DNA of 64,000 nt from an uncultured Acidimicrobiia bacterium (GCA_963792405.1 CAWBVU010000005.1:288815-352814); one strand, 5' to 3'. Shown: positions 40,739 to 52,651, counted from the stretch's first letter. Program-made: numbers and translations. The notes: a model not told the origin generated them from the sequence alone.

Positions 40739-41388
40739 CCCACCGCCTCCACGAGCCACTGGATGCGCGAGGCGATCTCGTCGAATGCGGCGTCGAACGC
40801 GCCCGCATCGCCCGCGGCCACCGGGTCGGGGATCGACCAGTGCAGATGACGGGCCGGGAAGCGATCGGGCGTCTCAGCGGCGCGATCACACACGGAGATC
40901 ACGACGTCCGGCTGTGCGACGACGTCCGCGTACCCGTGTGGCACTTCGTGGGACAGGTCGATGCCGAATCGAGCGGCGGAGGCGACGGCGAGCGGATGCA
41001 CGGTTGCCGCGGGATCGGTGCCCGCGCTCTCCGTGGCGAGGCCCGTCCGTGCTCGCCACATGGCCGCGGCGAACTGGGATCGAGCGGAGTTGTGTGTGCA
41101 GACGAACAGTGGAGTGGTCGATGCCAGGGAGACGGGTGCGACGACGACGTGGGCGCGAGGGGTGAGCGTCACGTAGCGGCGTCGTCGATCGCCCTCAGAG
41201 GCTCGGCGCTCGATCAGCCCTGCGCGCTGCAGGACGTCGAGGTGATGCGCGAGGAGGTTGCCCGGGGTACCGAGCGCATCAGCGATGTCGGCAACGGTGA
41301 GGTCGCCGGGCACGAGGAGATCGAGGAGTCGAAGCCGCATCGGCTCCCCGAGGGCTGCGTGCATACGGGCGCGATCGTCGATGTCCAC
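40735..41388 (-). CDS. ArsR-type HTH fused to LMW-PTP/ArsC domain
   Basis: AALGEPMRLRLL...LAHHLDVL HTH followed by FVCTHNSARSQFA and HWSIPDP. Confidence 0.88.
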   Translation of the reverse strand: MDIDDRARMHAALGEPMRLRLLDLLVPGDLTVADIADALGTPGNLLAHHLDVLQRAGLIERRASEGDRRRRYVTLTPRAHVVVAPVSLASTTPLFVCTHNSARSQFAAAMWRARTGLATESAGTDPAATVHPLAVASAARFGIDLSHEVPHGYADVVAQPDVVISVCDRAAETPDRFPARHLHWSIPDPVAAGDAGAFDAAFDEIASRIQWLVEAVG

Positions 41389-41394
41389 CGAGCC

Positions 41395-41423
41395 ACAATA
41401 TACCTCAACCCTTGTTGAGTCAA
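41395..41423 (-). promoter_or_regulatory. leaderless promoter TTGACT-17-TATTGT with operator palindrome CTCAAC-N4-GTTGAG
   Basis: -35 at 41423-41418, -10 at 41400-41395, GTG six nt later; inverted repeat 41404-41419. Confidence 0.8.
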
Positions 41424-41438
41424 ATTATCTCGACGGAT

Positions 41439-41633
41439 TCAGTCCTTCTCGAGCTTGTCGACCGCGCCCTTGGCCATGTCGGCACCCTTGTCGATGTGGT
41501 CAGCGGCGCTGCCGGCCTTGTCCTTGGCCATGTCGGCACCCTTGTCGATGGCGCCCTTGATCGAGTCCTTGTGGTCGGCGGCCGTGTCCTGCGCCTTGTC
41601 CGCCATGTCCTTGGCCTTGTCCAGGAAGCTCAT
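41439..41633 (-). CDS. small hydrophilic helical-repeat protein (Rv0909/MT0933-like), 64 aa
   Basis: MSFLDKAKD...IDKGADMAK twice; GAGGAGGG RBS. Confidence 0.75.
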   Translation of the reverse strand: MSFLDKAKDMADKAQDTAADHKDSIKGAIDKGADMAKDKAGSAADHIDKGADMAKGAVDKLEKD

Positions 41634-41701
41634 GTGGTGTTCCCTCCTCTGTGAACGATGCGTCACGACCCATGATGCCAGACGGCCGACCCCATCGGCC
41701 C

Positions 41702-41783
41702 TTCTGTGGGCCCCAGTGCACCGATCGGTGCACCCGTACCCAGGGTTCCAGTGCACGGTTTCCGTGCACTGGGGCCCACAGAA
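41702..41783. repeat. 82-bp element with 20-bp perfect terminal inverted repeats and nested palindromes
   Basis: TTCTGTGGGCCCCAGTGCAC / GTGCACTGGGGCCCACAGAA; GTGCAC occurs four times. Confidence 0.85.
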
Positions 41784-41796
41784 CGGTGCCGCGCGG

Positions 41797-42276
41797 TCAG
41801 GCGGTGACGACGCCTGACCAGCGGGACAGCTCCGAGGCGAGGTCGAGGCGCTCGACGATGGCCTCGTGCTCGTAGTCGCCCCATGCCTCGCGCGGGAGGA
41901 GCCACATCACCTCGAACTCGTTGCCGTCGGGATCGATGCCGTACACGCTCTTCGTCGCGCCGTGGGACGACTCCCCCGTGATCGCTTCGTGGTCGATGAG
42001 GATCGACCGCATCTCGGCGAGATCGTCGATCGTCGGGACCTGCCACGCCAGGTGATAGAGCCCGACCGCTCCACGCTGCTTCGGCTGGGCGGAGCCTCCA
42101 AGGCCGAAGAGGCCGAGGTCGTGATGGTTGTCCGAACCGCGCAGACGCAGGAACGCCGCATTGGCCCGGGGTTCGGTCGCGATCACCTCGAATCCCATGA
42201 CATTCTCGTAGAACGCAACCGAGCGACCGAGGTCGCTCACGAACAGCACGGCATGGTTCAGCCTCGAGATGCCCAC
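41797..42276 (-). CDS. VOC/glyoxalase family protein
   Basis: RLNHAVLFVSD, NHHDLGLF, GLYHLAW, HGATKSVYGIDPDGNEFE; GGAAAGG RBS. Confidence 0.88.
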   Translation of the reverse strand: MGISRLNHAVLFVSDLGRSVAFYENVMGFEVIATEPRANAAFLRLRGSDNHHDLGLFGLGGSAQPKQRGAVGLYHLAWQVPTIDDLAEMRSILIDHEAITGESSHGATKSVYGIDPDGNEFEVMWLLPREAWGDYEHEAIVERLDLASELSRWSGVVTA

Positions 42277-42337
42277 GATCGCCTTTCCACGGGTCGGCGA
42301 ATCGTACGCCTCGTAGGAGCTGCGTGTGACGGTTGGC

Positions 42338-43147
42338 TCAGCCCTCAACGCGGTAGACGAGGCCCTCGTTCCCCATCGAGGTGAGCGTGAGCACACCGCC
42401 GTCGACCGACGGGGTGAATCCGTCGCCGAGGACATTGACCACGATGCCGTCCTGGACGGCGAGGTCCGCGTTGCATCGGCCATCGGCAGAGAGCTCGGGG
42501 AGGAACACCTGCCCATTGGCGAGCGTCCACGAACCGTCGAGGCTCCGGCATCCCGTCGACCCGGACAGCGACCCGTCGTCGTTCAGGATCAGGGTCGCGG
42601 GATCGCCCACGGCGGAGAAGGCCTCATCGCCCTCGATGACCGTCTCGAGCACCCAGACGGTGCCCACGAGCTCGGATATCGGTACCTCCGGTGCGCGCTC
42701 GAAGACAAGGGGTTCCGGAGGCCCGAGGAGTTCGAGGCGGTCGTCGGTGATCCTCCACGCCGTGACAGCGGCGAGCGCCCGGAGATAGGCCGACTCCGAG
42801 TCCATCACCGCCTCCTCACACCCCATGGCGGTCATGCCCATGTCCTCGATGGTGAGGGAGGCGCCGTCGATGCCTGCCGTGCCCCCATAGAGGTTGCATG
42901 CGGATCGACCGCTGAACTCGTTCCCCGTGACGGACAGCGAGATGGGATAGCCGGCGACCGTGGGCACACCCTCGATGATGATCCAGTCGCCCTCGATCTG
43001 TCCCGTCACCGTCGACGATTCATCCACGGAGGTCGTCGTGGGCGGATCGTCCCCCGGGGCGTTCGTCGTCGGCCCACCTGCGCCACTCGCACATGCACCG
43101 GCGAGTGATGCCCATACCACGGCGACGACGAAGGACCTCGATCTCAT
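42338..43147 (-). CDS. lipoprotein with two META domains
   Basis: Lipobox AGAC; SGRSACN...TAMGC and SGSTGCR...RC. Confidence 0.85.
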   Translation of the reverse strand: MRSRSFVVAVVWASLAGACASGAGGPTTNAPGDDPPTTTSVDESSTVTGQIEGDWIIIEGVPTVAGYPISLSVTGNEFSGRSACNLYGGTAGIDGASLTIEDMGMTAMGCEEAVMDSESAYLRALAAVTAWRITDDRLELLGPPEPLVFERAPEVPISELVGTVWVLETVIEGDEAFSAVGDPATLILNDDGSLSGSTGCRSLDGSWTLANGQVFLPELSADGRCNADLAVQDGIVVNVLGDGFTPSVDGGVLTLTSMGNEGLVYRVEG

Positions 43148-43195
43148 GCCGGCGACCTCACGCAGATGCGACGTTCGGATGCCAGGTCGGGTTCC

Positions 43196-43564
43196 TCACT
43201 CTCGGATGTAGAACTCGGTGAAGTCGGTGCAGCGACCGTCGTGGTCGAATTCGATCAGGAAGCAGTTGTGATAGAGCTTCTCCGGCTGGGAGGCAGTGGC
43301 GAAGTACCTGGTCCATCCCGTGGCGACGACGCGATCGCCGTCGACCGCCCAAGGGACGTATCGGGCCTCCCAGCTGTCGGGGGCATCGAGCTCCTCGAAC
43401 CAGGAGCTGAGGAGGCCTTCCCTGCCATCTTCGATCGCGTCGTCGAACGGGTGGTACCGGTACCGGACGTCCTCGGCGAAGAGATCGGCGACCTCGTCGG
43501 GATCGTTGCTCCTCCACGCCGCCAGGTATCGATCGAGCCAGCGTTGCGCCCCGACGTGATCCAT
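43196..43564 (-). CDS. NTF2/SnoaL-like protein
   Basis: WLDRYLAAWRSNDP, LFAED, DGRCTDFTEFY; GAAGGA RBS. Confidence 0.85.
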   Translation of the reverse strand: MDHVGAQRWLDRYLAAWRSNDPDEVADLFAEDVRYRYHPFDDAIEDGREGLLSSWFEELDAPDSWEARYVPWAVDGDRVVATGWTRYFATASQPEKLYHNCFLIEFDHDGRCTDFTEFYIRE

Positions 43565-43926
43565 TCGTTCCTTCCGTCGTGCCCATTGTCGCGCCTGATC
43601 GATGCAATGGTGCGGCCGGACGGCGCGACGCGTATGGGGGAGATCCCCTATGGCGCGACGGGGCGGAAGCACCCACCATGACACACAGTGAGGTGGTCGA
43701 GGCGCCCCCCGCGGGCGTTGCATCGTGACCTGACTGTCGCCAGCTGAGTTGCGGGGGCCGTGCGAGTGCGCGGTCCCCGTTTCGCGTCTGCCGTCCTCCA
43801 CATGGTCGCCACCCGGCCCGGGCGAGGCTCCCGCGACCATCCGCGCCGTCGATCGGTACCGTTGAGGCGAAGCCGATCGAACGAGCACGCTGGGTACGCA
43901 CACCATCGAAGTCAGCGGAGGTCGAC

Positions 43927-44535
43927 ATGCACATCGCCATCATCGGCGCCGGGAACGTCGGCGCCACCCTTGGCCGAAGGTTCACCGAGGCTGGGCACAC
44001 CGTGTCCTTCGGGGTGAGGGACCCGTCGGGGGACAAGGCCGTGTCGGCCGCTGAGGCGGCCGGCGCCAGCGCCCACACGGTCGCCGAAGCGATCGACGGC
44101 GCCGACGTCGTCCTGGTCGCGGTGCCCGCGGCGAGCGTGCCTGACGTGGCCGCTGCGCTGCAGGGCACGTCCGCCGACACCGTGATCGATGCCACCAACG
44201 TGGTCGGCCCCACCTCGAGCCTCCCGTTCTCGTCATCGGCGACCTACCTGGCGGACCATCTCCCCTCAGCCTCGGTGGCCAAGGCGTTCAACACCGTGGG
44301 ATTCGAGGTGATGGCCGATCCGGTGTTCGGGGACCGCAGGGCCGTGTTGTTCATCGCCGGCGACGAGCGTGCCAGGACCGTCGCGGCGACCCTGGGGTCG
44401 GAGATCGGATTCGACGTCGTCGCCCTCGGCGGCCGCGAGTCGATCCCCCTCGTCGAGGCGCAGGCGATCACCTGGATACGGATGATGAGCTCGGGCGCAG
44501 GACGCCGATTCGCCTTCGCACGCATCTCGAGGTAG
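43927..44535 (+). CDS. NADPH-dependent F420 reductase-like Rossmann protein
   Basis: [25 protein letters not shown]. Confidence 0.85.
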   Translation: MHIAIIGAGNVGATLGRRFTEAGHTVSFGVRDPSGDKAVSAAEAAGASAHTVAEAIDGADVVLVAVPAASVPDVAAALQGTSADTVIDATNVVGPTSSLPFSSSATYLADHLPSASVAKAFNTVGFEVMADPVFGDRRAVLFIAGDERARTVAATLGSEIGFDVVALGGRESIPLVEAQAITWIRMMSSGAGRRFAFARISR

Positions 44536-44578
44536 GCCGCGCGTCACCGACCGGGGCCGCCACCGGTACCGTCCCGGG

Positions 44579-46594
<2,016 letters not shown>

Positions 46595-46644
46595 CGGTCC
46601 AACGGTGCGCTCGGCGGCCGTTGTATCGCCCTCCGAGGACGGGC

Positions 46645-47643
46645 CTAGATGTCGCGGTTGATCTGTCGACGCTCCTTGATCCGACGGCGGAGATCCGACG
46701 TCGCCTTCCTACGGGCACGCCACTCGCGATATGCGACGACCGGGCTCATGCCCGCGACCCACGTGCCGAAGCTCGACCCGCGTCGCTTCTGCATCCCTGC
46801 GACACGGCGGACCTCGGCTCGCTGGCGCATGGACACGACGAACACCGGCGCCGCGGAGCCCGGTCCGCGGCGCCGCGCCGCGAGGAACAGGAGCATGGCA
46901 GCGGCTGCGATGGCGCCCACTGCGGCGATGGCCACGGTGGGCGATATGCCGCCGCCCTCCGCCGGGGGAGGCGGCTCCAGGGCCGACGGCGGCAGGAGGG
47001 TCGTCGTGGTCGTGGGGAGCTCTGTGGTCGTCGTGGCGAGGGTGGTCGTCGTCGCCACCGTCGTGGTGGTCGCCACGGTGGAGTCCGTCGGCGCCTCCGT
47101 TGTCGTGGTCGGCGCCTCCGTCGTCGTGGTGGTCGCGGGCGCCCTGGTGGTCGTCGTGGTGGGCCGCGTCGTGGTCGTGGTGGTCGGCCGCGTCGTGGTC
47201 GTGGTGGTCGGCGCCGCCGTCGTCGTGGTGGTGGCAGGGGCCTCGACCGTGAGGCTGAACCCGGCCGAGTCGCCCCCGGGGAGGTCGGTGAAGGTGAAGC
47301 CGTACGTACCAGGTGTCGCCTCGGAGTAGACCTGGAACGTGAACGTGAAGGTGGGTGCCGCACCGGTGCGACCAACCACGACGCCCGGCGCGCTCCCTGA
47401 CACACCGACACTCTGCTGGTCGGTGGTCACGGACACCGAGAAGCTGGATCCGGGAGGCACCGTGCGACTTCCGGGGCTCACGGACGAGATGACGGCCGAC
47501 GCGGGCGCGGAGGTCACGAGCGCGAGCAACGCCGCGAACGCGACGAGCACCGACCAGGAGCCCGACGCGCCCAAGCGTGTCTGCCTGATTCGGCCTGGCC
47601 TCACAGTGTCCCCCTCAGCAGAGTGTTCCCTGAGAATACGCAT
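46645..47643 (-). CDS. secreted/membrane-anchored protein with Ig-like N-terminus and Thr/Pro stalk (start uncertain)
   Basis: Signal-like hydrophobic segment, beta-rich domain, TTTTTT repeats, C-terminal TM and basic tail. Confidence 0.7.
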   Translation of the reverse strand: MRILREHSAEGDTVRPGRIRQTRLGASGSWSVLVAFAALLALVTSAPASAVISSVSPGSRTVPPGSSFSVSVTTDQQSVGVSGSAPGVVVGRTGAAPTFTFTFQVYSEATPGTYGFTFTDLPGGDSAGFSLTVEAPATTTTTAAPTTTTTTRPTTTTTTRPTTTTTRAPATTTTTEAPTTTTEAPTDSTVATTTTVATTTTLATTTTELPTTTTTLLPPSALEPPPPAEGGGISPTVAIAAVGAIAAAAMLLFLAARRRGPGSAAPVFVVSMRQRAEVRRVAGMQKRRGSSFGTWVAGMSPVVAYREWRARRKATSDLRRRIKERRQINRDI

Positions 47644-47717
47644 GTCCGCACGATGGGGACACTGGATCGACCATCGACGTGCACTCCCGCGTCCCCGGGG
47701 CGTACTTCCCGATTGCC

Positions 47718-49565
47718 CTACTCGGTGCGGGGCCCGACCCGGAACTCGCCGAGCGTATCCGCCATCGACCCGGCGGAGGCCGACATCTCGGGGCGGAGGG
47801 GGGCCAGGTTGTAGACGTAGCCGACGACACCGATGCCAACCAGGTCGAGCTGGCTGCGGAGCTCCTCGACGCTCTGGATGTCCTCACCATGGGCCACGAC
47901 CACCATCACCCTGTCCGCGAGCCACGCCAGGGAGGTCGCATAGGCGACCCTCAGCAGCGGCGGTGCGTCGATGATCACGAGGTCGTACGTGTCAGAGATG
48001 TGCTTGAAGAGTTTCGCCGTCACCGGTGAGGCGAAGAAGTCGGGAGCCTTCACCGGGGCGCCGCCTCGCGCCAGCAGCTCGATCGATCCGGATCCGCTGT
48101 GCTCGATCGGCACCACGGCCTTGGGAAGCGTGGTCGTGCCCGCCACGACGTCGGTCATACCGAGGGTCGGCGTCTCGTTTCCGATCAGCAACTGGGTCAG
48201 CTGCTGGTTCCCGAAGTCGGCGTCGACCACGAGCACCTTCTTCCCTTCCCTGGCAGCTGCGAGGGCGGTGTTCGCCGACACGGTGGTCTTGCCCTCCGAC
48301 AGGCCAGCGGAGAGCGACACGACGGACCCAAAGTTGCGCTCCTCGTTCTCGCTGAGGGGATAGAACTGCTGCAGGGAGAGGCTCGCCGCGATGAAGCGGA
48401 AGGCTTCAGCCGACACAGAGGCCGGGGCGTCGACAACGGGCAGGGCGGACTTGAGACGCTCCTCCCTGAAGTTCGGGACATCGGCGAGCAATCGCGTGCC
48501 GAGGATCGCTTCCGGTTCGGTCCGGCTCGTCAGCGTCTGGCGGCGTCCCGACAGGAGCATCGCCACACCGGCGCCGATGACGAGACCGGCGAGGAACCCG
48601 AGGGCGATGTAGGTGACCGAGCTGCTCGGCTTGGCCGTCTCGGCGAGCGAAGCGAAGACCACACCGTTGCCCGCCAGGTCCGAGTCGACGCTCAGCTGGT
48701 CCTTGCGTGCCTGGAGGTCGGTGAGGCGAAGCTGGTTCTCTGCTTGCGAGGACTCGAGTGCGATGCGCTGGGGATCGTTCGCCTCGAGCAGCAACGTGGC
48801 GTCACGGTCGGCTGCGAGCTGCTCGGACAGGGTCGAGATCTGGAGGGTGAGCACGTCGAGATCAGCGTTGAACTGGTTGAACCGCCCATCCGATGCCGAT
48901 GACGCCGGCGCCTCGAGCGCGTCGAGGGTCGTCCGGAGCTCGAGGAGGCGCGCCTGCTGGGCGACACGATCGGGATCGGTCGCCAGCTGGTTGAGGACCG
49001 CCTGCTGCCGTGCGCTCAATTGGGCTTCGAGGGCGACCTGGTCCGTCTTCAGCTGCTCGATCTGGCGGTCCAGTTCCTGTGTCGCCTCGGCGAAGCCGAG
49101 CGCCGCCGACTGGCGCCCGATGTCCTGATAAGCCGAGGTGACGGCATTCACGACCCCGATGGCCTCGCGCGCCGTGGGCGCCGTATACGAGAGATTCACG
49201 ATGTCACTGGTCGGTGACGCGCTGACGCTCAAGTTCTCCTCGATGTCATCCACCGTGACGACGATCGGAGGCTGCTGGTCCGCGGCGATCTCGACGGCCC
49301 GCCGCGCGACGGCACGGGACTCGAGGATGGCGATCTGGGCTTCGACGTATCGCTCGGGGTTGTCCGTGACGGCCTGGTCGAAGAGGTTCGACGTCCGGGG
49401 GTCCTGCACCGCGATCGTGGCCTCGGCCGTGAAGCTCTCGATGCTGTTGGCATAGAGCCAGCCGAGCCCCGCGAACCCGAGTGCCATCAGCATCACGAGC
49501 CACTTGTAGCGCCATACGGCATCGAGGACCGTGGGGTCGCTGCGTGTCGTTGTCTGTGTTGCCAT
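47718..49565 (-). CDS. wzc: Wzc-like polysaccharide co-polymerase / BY-kinase
   Basis: Two TM helices flanking a coiled coil; AEAFR, SAGLSEGKTT, VLVVDADF, LVIIDAPP. Confidence 0.85.
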   Translation of the reverse strand: MATQTTTRSDPTVLDAVWRYKWLVMLMALGFAGLGWLYANSIESFTAEATIAVQDPRTSNLFDQAVTDNPERYVEAQIAILESRAVARRAVEIAADQQPPIVVTVDDIEENLSVSASPTSDIVNLSYTAPTAREAIGVVNAVTSAYQDIGRQSAALGFAEATQELDRQIEQLKTDQVALEAQLSARQQAVLNQLATDPDRVAQQARLLELRTTLDALEAPASSASDGRFNQFNADLDVLTLQISTLSEQLAADRDATLLLEANDPQRIALESSQAENQLRLTDLQARKDQLSVDSDLAGNGVVFASLAETAKPSSSVTYIALGFLAGLVIGAGVAMLLSGRRQTLTSRTEPEAILGTRLLADVPNFREERLKSALPVVDAPASVSAEAFRFIAASLSLQQFYPLSENEERNFGSVVSLSAGLSEGKTTVSANTALAAAREGKKVLVVDADFGNQQLTQLLIGNETPTLGMTDVVAGTTTLPKAVVPIEHSGSGSIELLARGGAPVKAPDFFASPVTAKLFKHISDTYDLVIIDAPPLLRVAYATSLAWLADRVMVVVAHGEDIQSVEELRSQLDLVGIGVVGYVYNLAPLRPEMSASAGSMADTLGEFRVGPRTE

Positions 49566-49657
49566 GCCCTGGATGCCCTATCGCCCGGTGGAAGCGTACG
49601 CGCCGCGCCCACATACCGGCCAGCGTAGCCCGTGCCATCGTTCCGTGACCCGTCGCA

Positions 49658-50788
49658 TCAGCGCCCCGCCATCGCTCTCACGACGGCGACCACGGCCTCC
49701 TGCTGGTCCTCGCGCAGGTTCGCACTCGAGGGCAGGCAGACGCCTTCGCTGAACAGCCGCTCCGACACGCCTGACAGGGTGCTGTGGGCACCTGCGAAGA
49801 CCGGCTGCATGTGCATCGGCTTCCAGAGGGGACGGGACTCGATGTTCTCCTCCGCGAGGGCCGCCATGAGCTCGTCGTTCGTGGCACCGAACAGCTCCGC
49901 GTCGATCAGGAGTGCGGTCAGCCAGCGGTTCGCGACCCCGTAGTCGGCCTCTGGCATGAAGGTGATGCCGGGGAGGTCACCGAGTGCGTCGGCATACCGG
50001 TCGAAGATCGCCCGGCGCCGTGCAACCTTGTCGGGGAGTGCCTCGAGCTGCGCCAATCCGAATGCGGCGAGCAGGCTCGACATCCGGTAGTTGTAGCCGG
50101 TCTCGGAGTGCTCGTAGTGGGGGGCCGGATCCCTCGCCTGCGTGGCGAGGAAGAAGGCGCGGTCGACGTACGCATCGACATCCGACAGCAGCGCCCCTCC
50201 TGTGGAGGTGGTCATGATCTTGTTGCCGTTGAACGAGAGAATCGCGACGTCGCCGAAGCTCCCCGCTGGTCGTCCTCGGTAGGTGGCGCCGAGCGCCTCC
50301 GCCGCGTCCTCGATGATGGGGATCCCCTCCGCGTCGCAGATCGCCCGAATCGGGTCGTAGTCCGCGCACTGCCCCACGATGTCCACGACGATCACGGCCT
50401 TCGGCATCCTGCCCTTGCGTCGCGCCTGTGCGATCGCCCGCTCGAGCAGCTCGGGGTCCATGTTCCATGACGCCAGGTCGGAATCGACGAACCACGGTTC
50501 GGCGCCAACGGTCCGGAGCGGAGCCACGGAGCCGACGAAGGTGAACGTCGAGGCCATGACGAGGTCGCCGCGCTCGACCCCGAGCACGTCCAGGGCCAGG
50601 TGGATCGCCGACGTCCCCGATGAGAGACCGAGGACCCTGCGCACACCGGTCACCCCTGCGAGCTCGGACTCGAAACGCTCGACGAAGGGACCGAGCGGCC
50701 CGATCCAGTTGTCGTCGATCGCCTGCGCGATGTACTCGATCTCACGTCCGGACACGTCCGGCGCGGACAGGAACACCCGCTCGCCCAT
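49658..50788 (-). CDS. DegT/DnrJ/EryC1/StrS sugar aminotransferase (PglE/EpsN-like)
   Basis: SSGTSAIHLAL, IEDAAEALG, SFNGNKIMTTSTGG, GYNYRMS, SRPLWKPMH. Confidence 0.92.
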   Translation of the reverse strand: MGERVFLSAPDVSGREIEYIAQAIDDNWIGPLGPFVERFESELAGVTGVRRVLGLSSGTSAIHLALDVLGVERGDLVMASTFTFVGSVAPLRTVGAEPWFVDSDLASWNMDPELLERAIAQARRKGRMPKAVIVVDIVGQCADYDPIRAICDAEGIPIIEDAAEALGATYRGRPAGSFGDVAILSFNGNKIMTTSTGGALLSDVDAYVDRAFFLATQARDPAPHYEHSETGYNYRMSSLLAAFGLAQLEALPDKVARRRAIFDRYADALGDLPGITFMPEADYGVANRWLTALLIDAELFGATNDELMAALAEENIESRPLWKPMHMQPVFAGAHSTLSGVSERLFSEGVCLPSSANLREDQQEAVVAVVRAMAGR

Positions 50789-50961
50789 GTGGCCCTCCTC
50801 CACCTTCCCCGATTGGAGACCCCCGCGATGCCCACCGTCGGGGAGATGGCGGTCATCCTACCACGCACGGGCGTCGAGGGCTAACCCTGAGTGGCGGCTT
50901 TGCCACACTGTGTGTGGTGCTGGTAGTCTCCGCGCGAAGGGCGGACAGGAGTGTAGGAACG

Positions 50962-52563
50962 ATGATCGTCGACGGACGTGGCGTGCCGAACGCGTCACAG
51001 ATCGATACCGATATCTGCGTGATCGGCGCGGGTCCCGCTGGCCTGAGTCTCGCCTTGGAGTTCGCCTCGGCGGCCTCCACCAACGTGGTGATCATCGAGA
51101 CGGGTGCGATGGAGTTCGACCCGTCCGAGCAGGATCTCGCGACGGCAGAGGTGGTGGGCCACACGTACTTCCCCGTCCACGAGACCCGCATCCGCATGTT
51201 CGGCGGATCCACGATCTCGTGGGGAGGGATCGTGGCGCCGCTCGATCCCATCGACTTCGAGAAGCGGAGCTGGGTGCCCCACAGCGGCTGGCCCATCAGC
51301 CGCACCGACCTCGATCCGCACTACGCGCGGGCCTTCGCCCTCTGCGAGGTCGACCCGGAGGGGTCCGATTCGTCGACCGCCGACCTCGACGAGGCGGACG
51401 AGATGCACCCCACCTCCGACACCGTGTGGGATGCGATCTGGTTCTCCGCACCCGCCCGATTCGGGAAGATGTACGAGGGTGCGATCCGCGCCTCTCGCAA
51501 CGTGACGACGTACCTGCACTCGACGGCCCTGAAGCTCCACGTGAACGACGGCGGCAACCACATCGAGTCGCTCGAAGTGGGGACGAGAGGAGCTCACCGC
51601 TTCCACGTGCGTGCACGCCGGTTCGTGCTCGCGGGAGGGGGCATCGAGAACGCCCGGCTGCTGATGACGTCCAACGACGTGATCCCCGAGGGCATCGGCA
51701 ACCAGCACGATCTCGTCGGCCGGTTCTTCCAGGAACACCCTCGCGTGTTCAACCGGTACGCCCTCGATGGCGATTCGACGGGCCTCGCGCACTTCGTGAC
51801 GGGCGCTGCGGGCACGCTGCGGTTCTCGAGGCTCGGCCTGAGCGAAGGGGTCCAGCGGCGTGAGGAGCTCCTGAACTTCATCACGAACCTCTCATTCGGG
51901 TATGCGGGCCAGGAGACGCCACAGTTCGAGGCGATCCGTCGCGTCGTCAACGCGAGCCGCAAGCCGTGGTCGGACAGTCCCTACTACCAGGACACGGGTG
52001 GCGGGCCGAACAGGGTCCGATGGGAGGACGTGAAGATCTCCATGGTGAAGCCGCATCGCACGGTCCAGAGCCTCATCGGCGCGGCATTGCGACCCGCTGG
52101 CATGCGGCGGTGGCTGTCGATCGGATGCAGCGTCGAGCAGCCTCCCCGTCCCGACAACCGCATCGTGCTGTCCGGTGACAAGGACCGGTTCGGCATCCCG
52201 AAGGCGGAGCTCCGCTGGACGCTGAGTGAAGCCGAGGAGCGGACCTACCGTCGCGGCATGGAGATCGTCCTCAATGCCATCGAGACGTACGACCCCGGCA
52301 TCGCCTCGCGGCGATACGACGATCCCGATCCGTGGCCGAGCAAGGCCATTGGCACATGGCATCACGCGGGGACGACGAGGATGTCCTCCTCCCCAACCGA
52401 GGGTGTCGTCGACGAGGACCTGCGGGTCCACGGGGTGGACAACCTCTTCATCACGGGCTCGTCGGTGTTCCCCGCGAGTGGGGCCACGGCGCCCACCCTC
52501 ACGACCATCGCCCTTTCGGTCCGCCTCGCCGACCACCTGAAGAAGATCGAGAGCCTCGCGTGA
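50962..52563 (+). CDS. GMC-family FAD oxidoreductase
   Basis: IGAGPAG, FGGSTISWGG, GGIENARLL, VGRFFQEHP, HHAGTTRM, GSSVFP. Confidence 0.9.
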   Translation: MIVDGRGVPNASQIDTDICVIGAGPAGLSLALEFASAASTNVVIIETGAMEFDPSEQDLATAEVVGHTYFPVHETRIRMFGGSTISWGGIVAPLDPIDFEKRSWVPHSGWPISRTDLDPHYARAFALCEVDPEGSDSSTADLDEADEMHPTSDTVWDAIWFSAPARFGKMYEGAIRASRNVTTYLHSTALKLHVNDGGNHIESLEVGTRGAHRFHVRARRFVLAGGGIENARLLMTSNDVIPEGIGNQHDLVGRFFQEHPRVFNRYALDGDSTGLAHFVTGAAGTLRFSRLGLSEGVQRREELLNFITNLSFGYAGQETPQFEAIRRVVNASRKPWSDSPYYQDTGGGPNRVRWEDVKISMVKPHRTVQSLIGAALRPAGMRRWLSIGCSVEQPPRPDNRIVLSGDKDRFGIPKAELRWTLSEAEERTYRRGMEIVLNAIETYDPGIASRRYDDPDPWPSKAIGTWHHAGTTRMSSSPTEGVVDEDLRVHGVDNLFITGSSVFPASGATAPTLTTIALSVRLADHLKKIESLA

Positions 52564-52651
52564 TGGAGCGAGGCGGGATGCGTCGACGTCTCGGTCGTAT
52601 TGCAGTCGTGCCACCATTGACGAGTCAGACACACCGGGGGGACCCACGCAC

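Noticed and set aside
47000-47240. GTCGTGGTC low-complexity repeats
   Set aside because: They simply encode the Thr-rich stalk of the minus-strand protein
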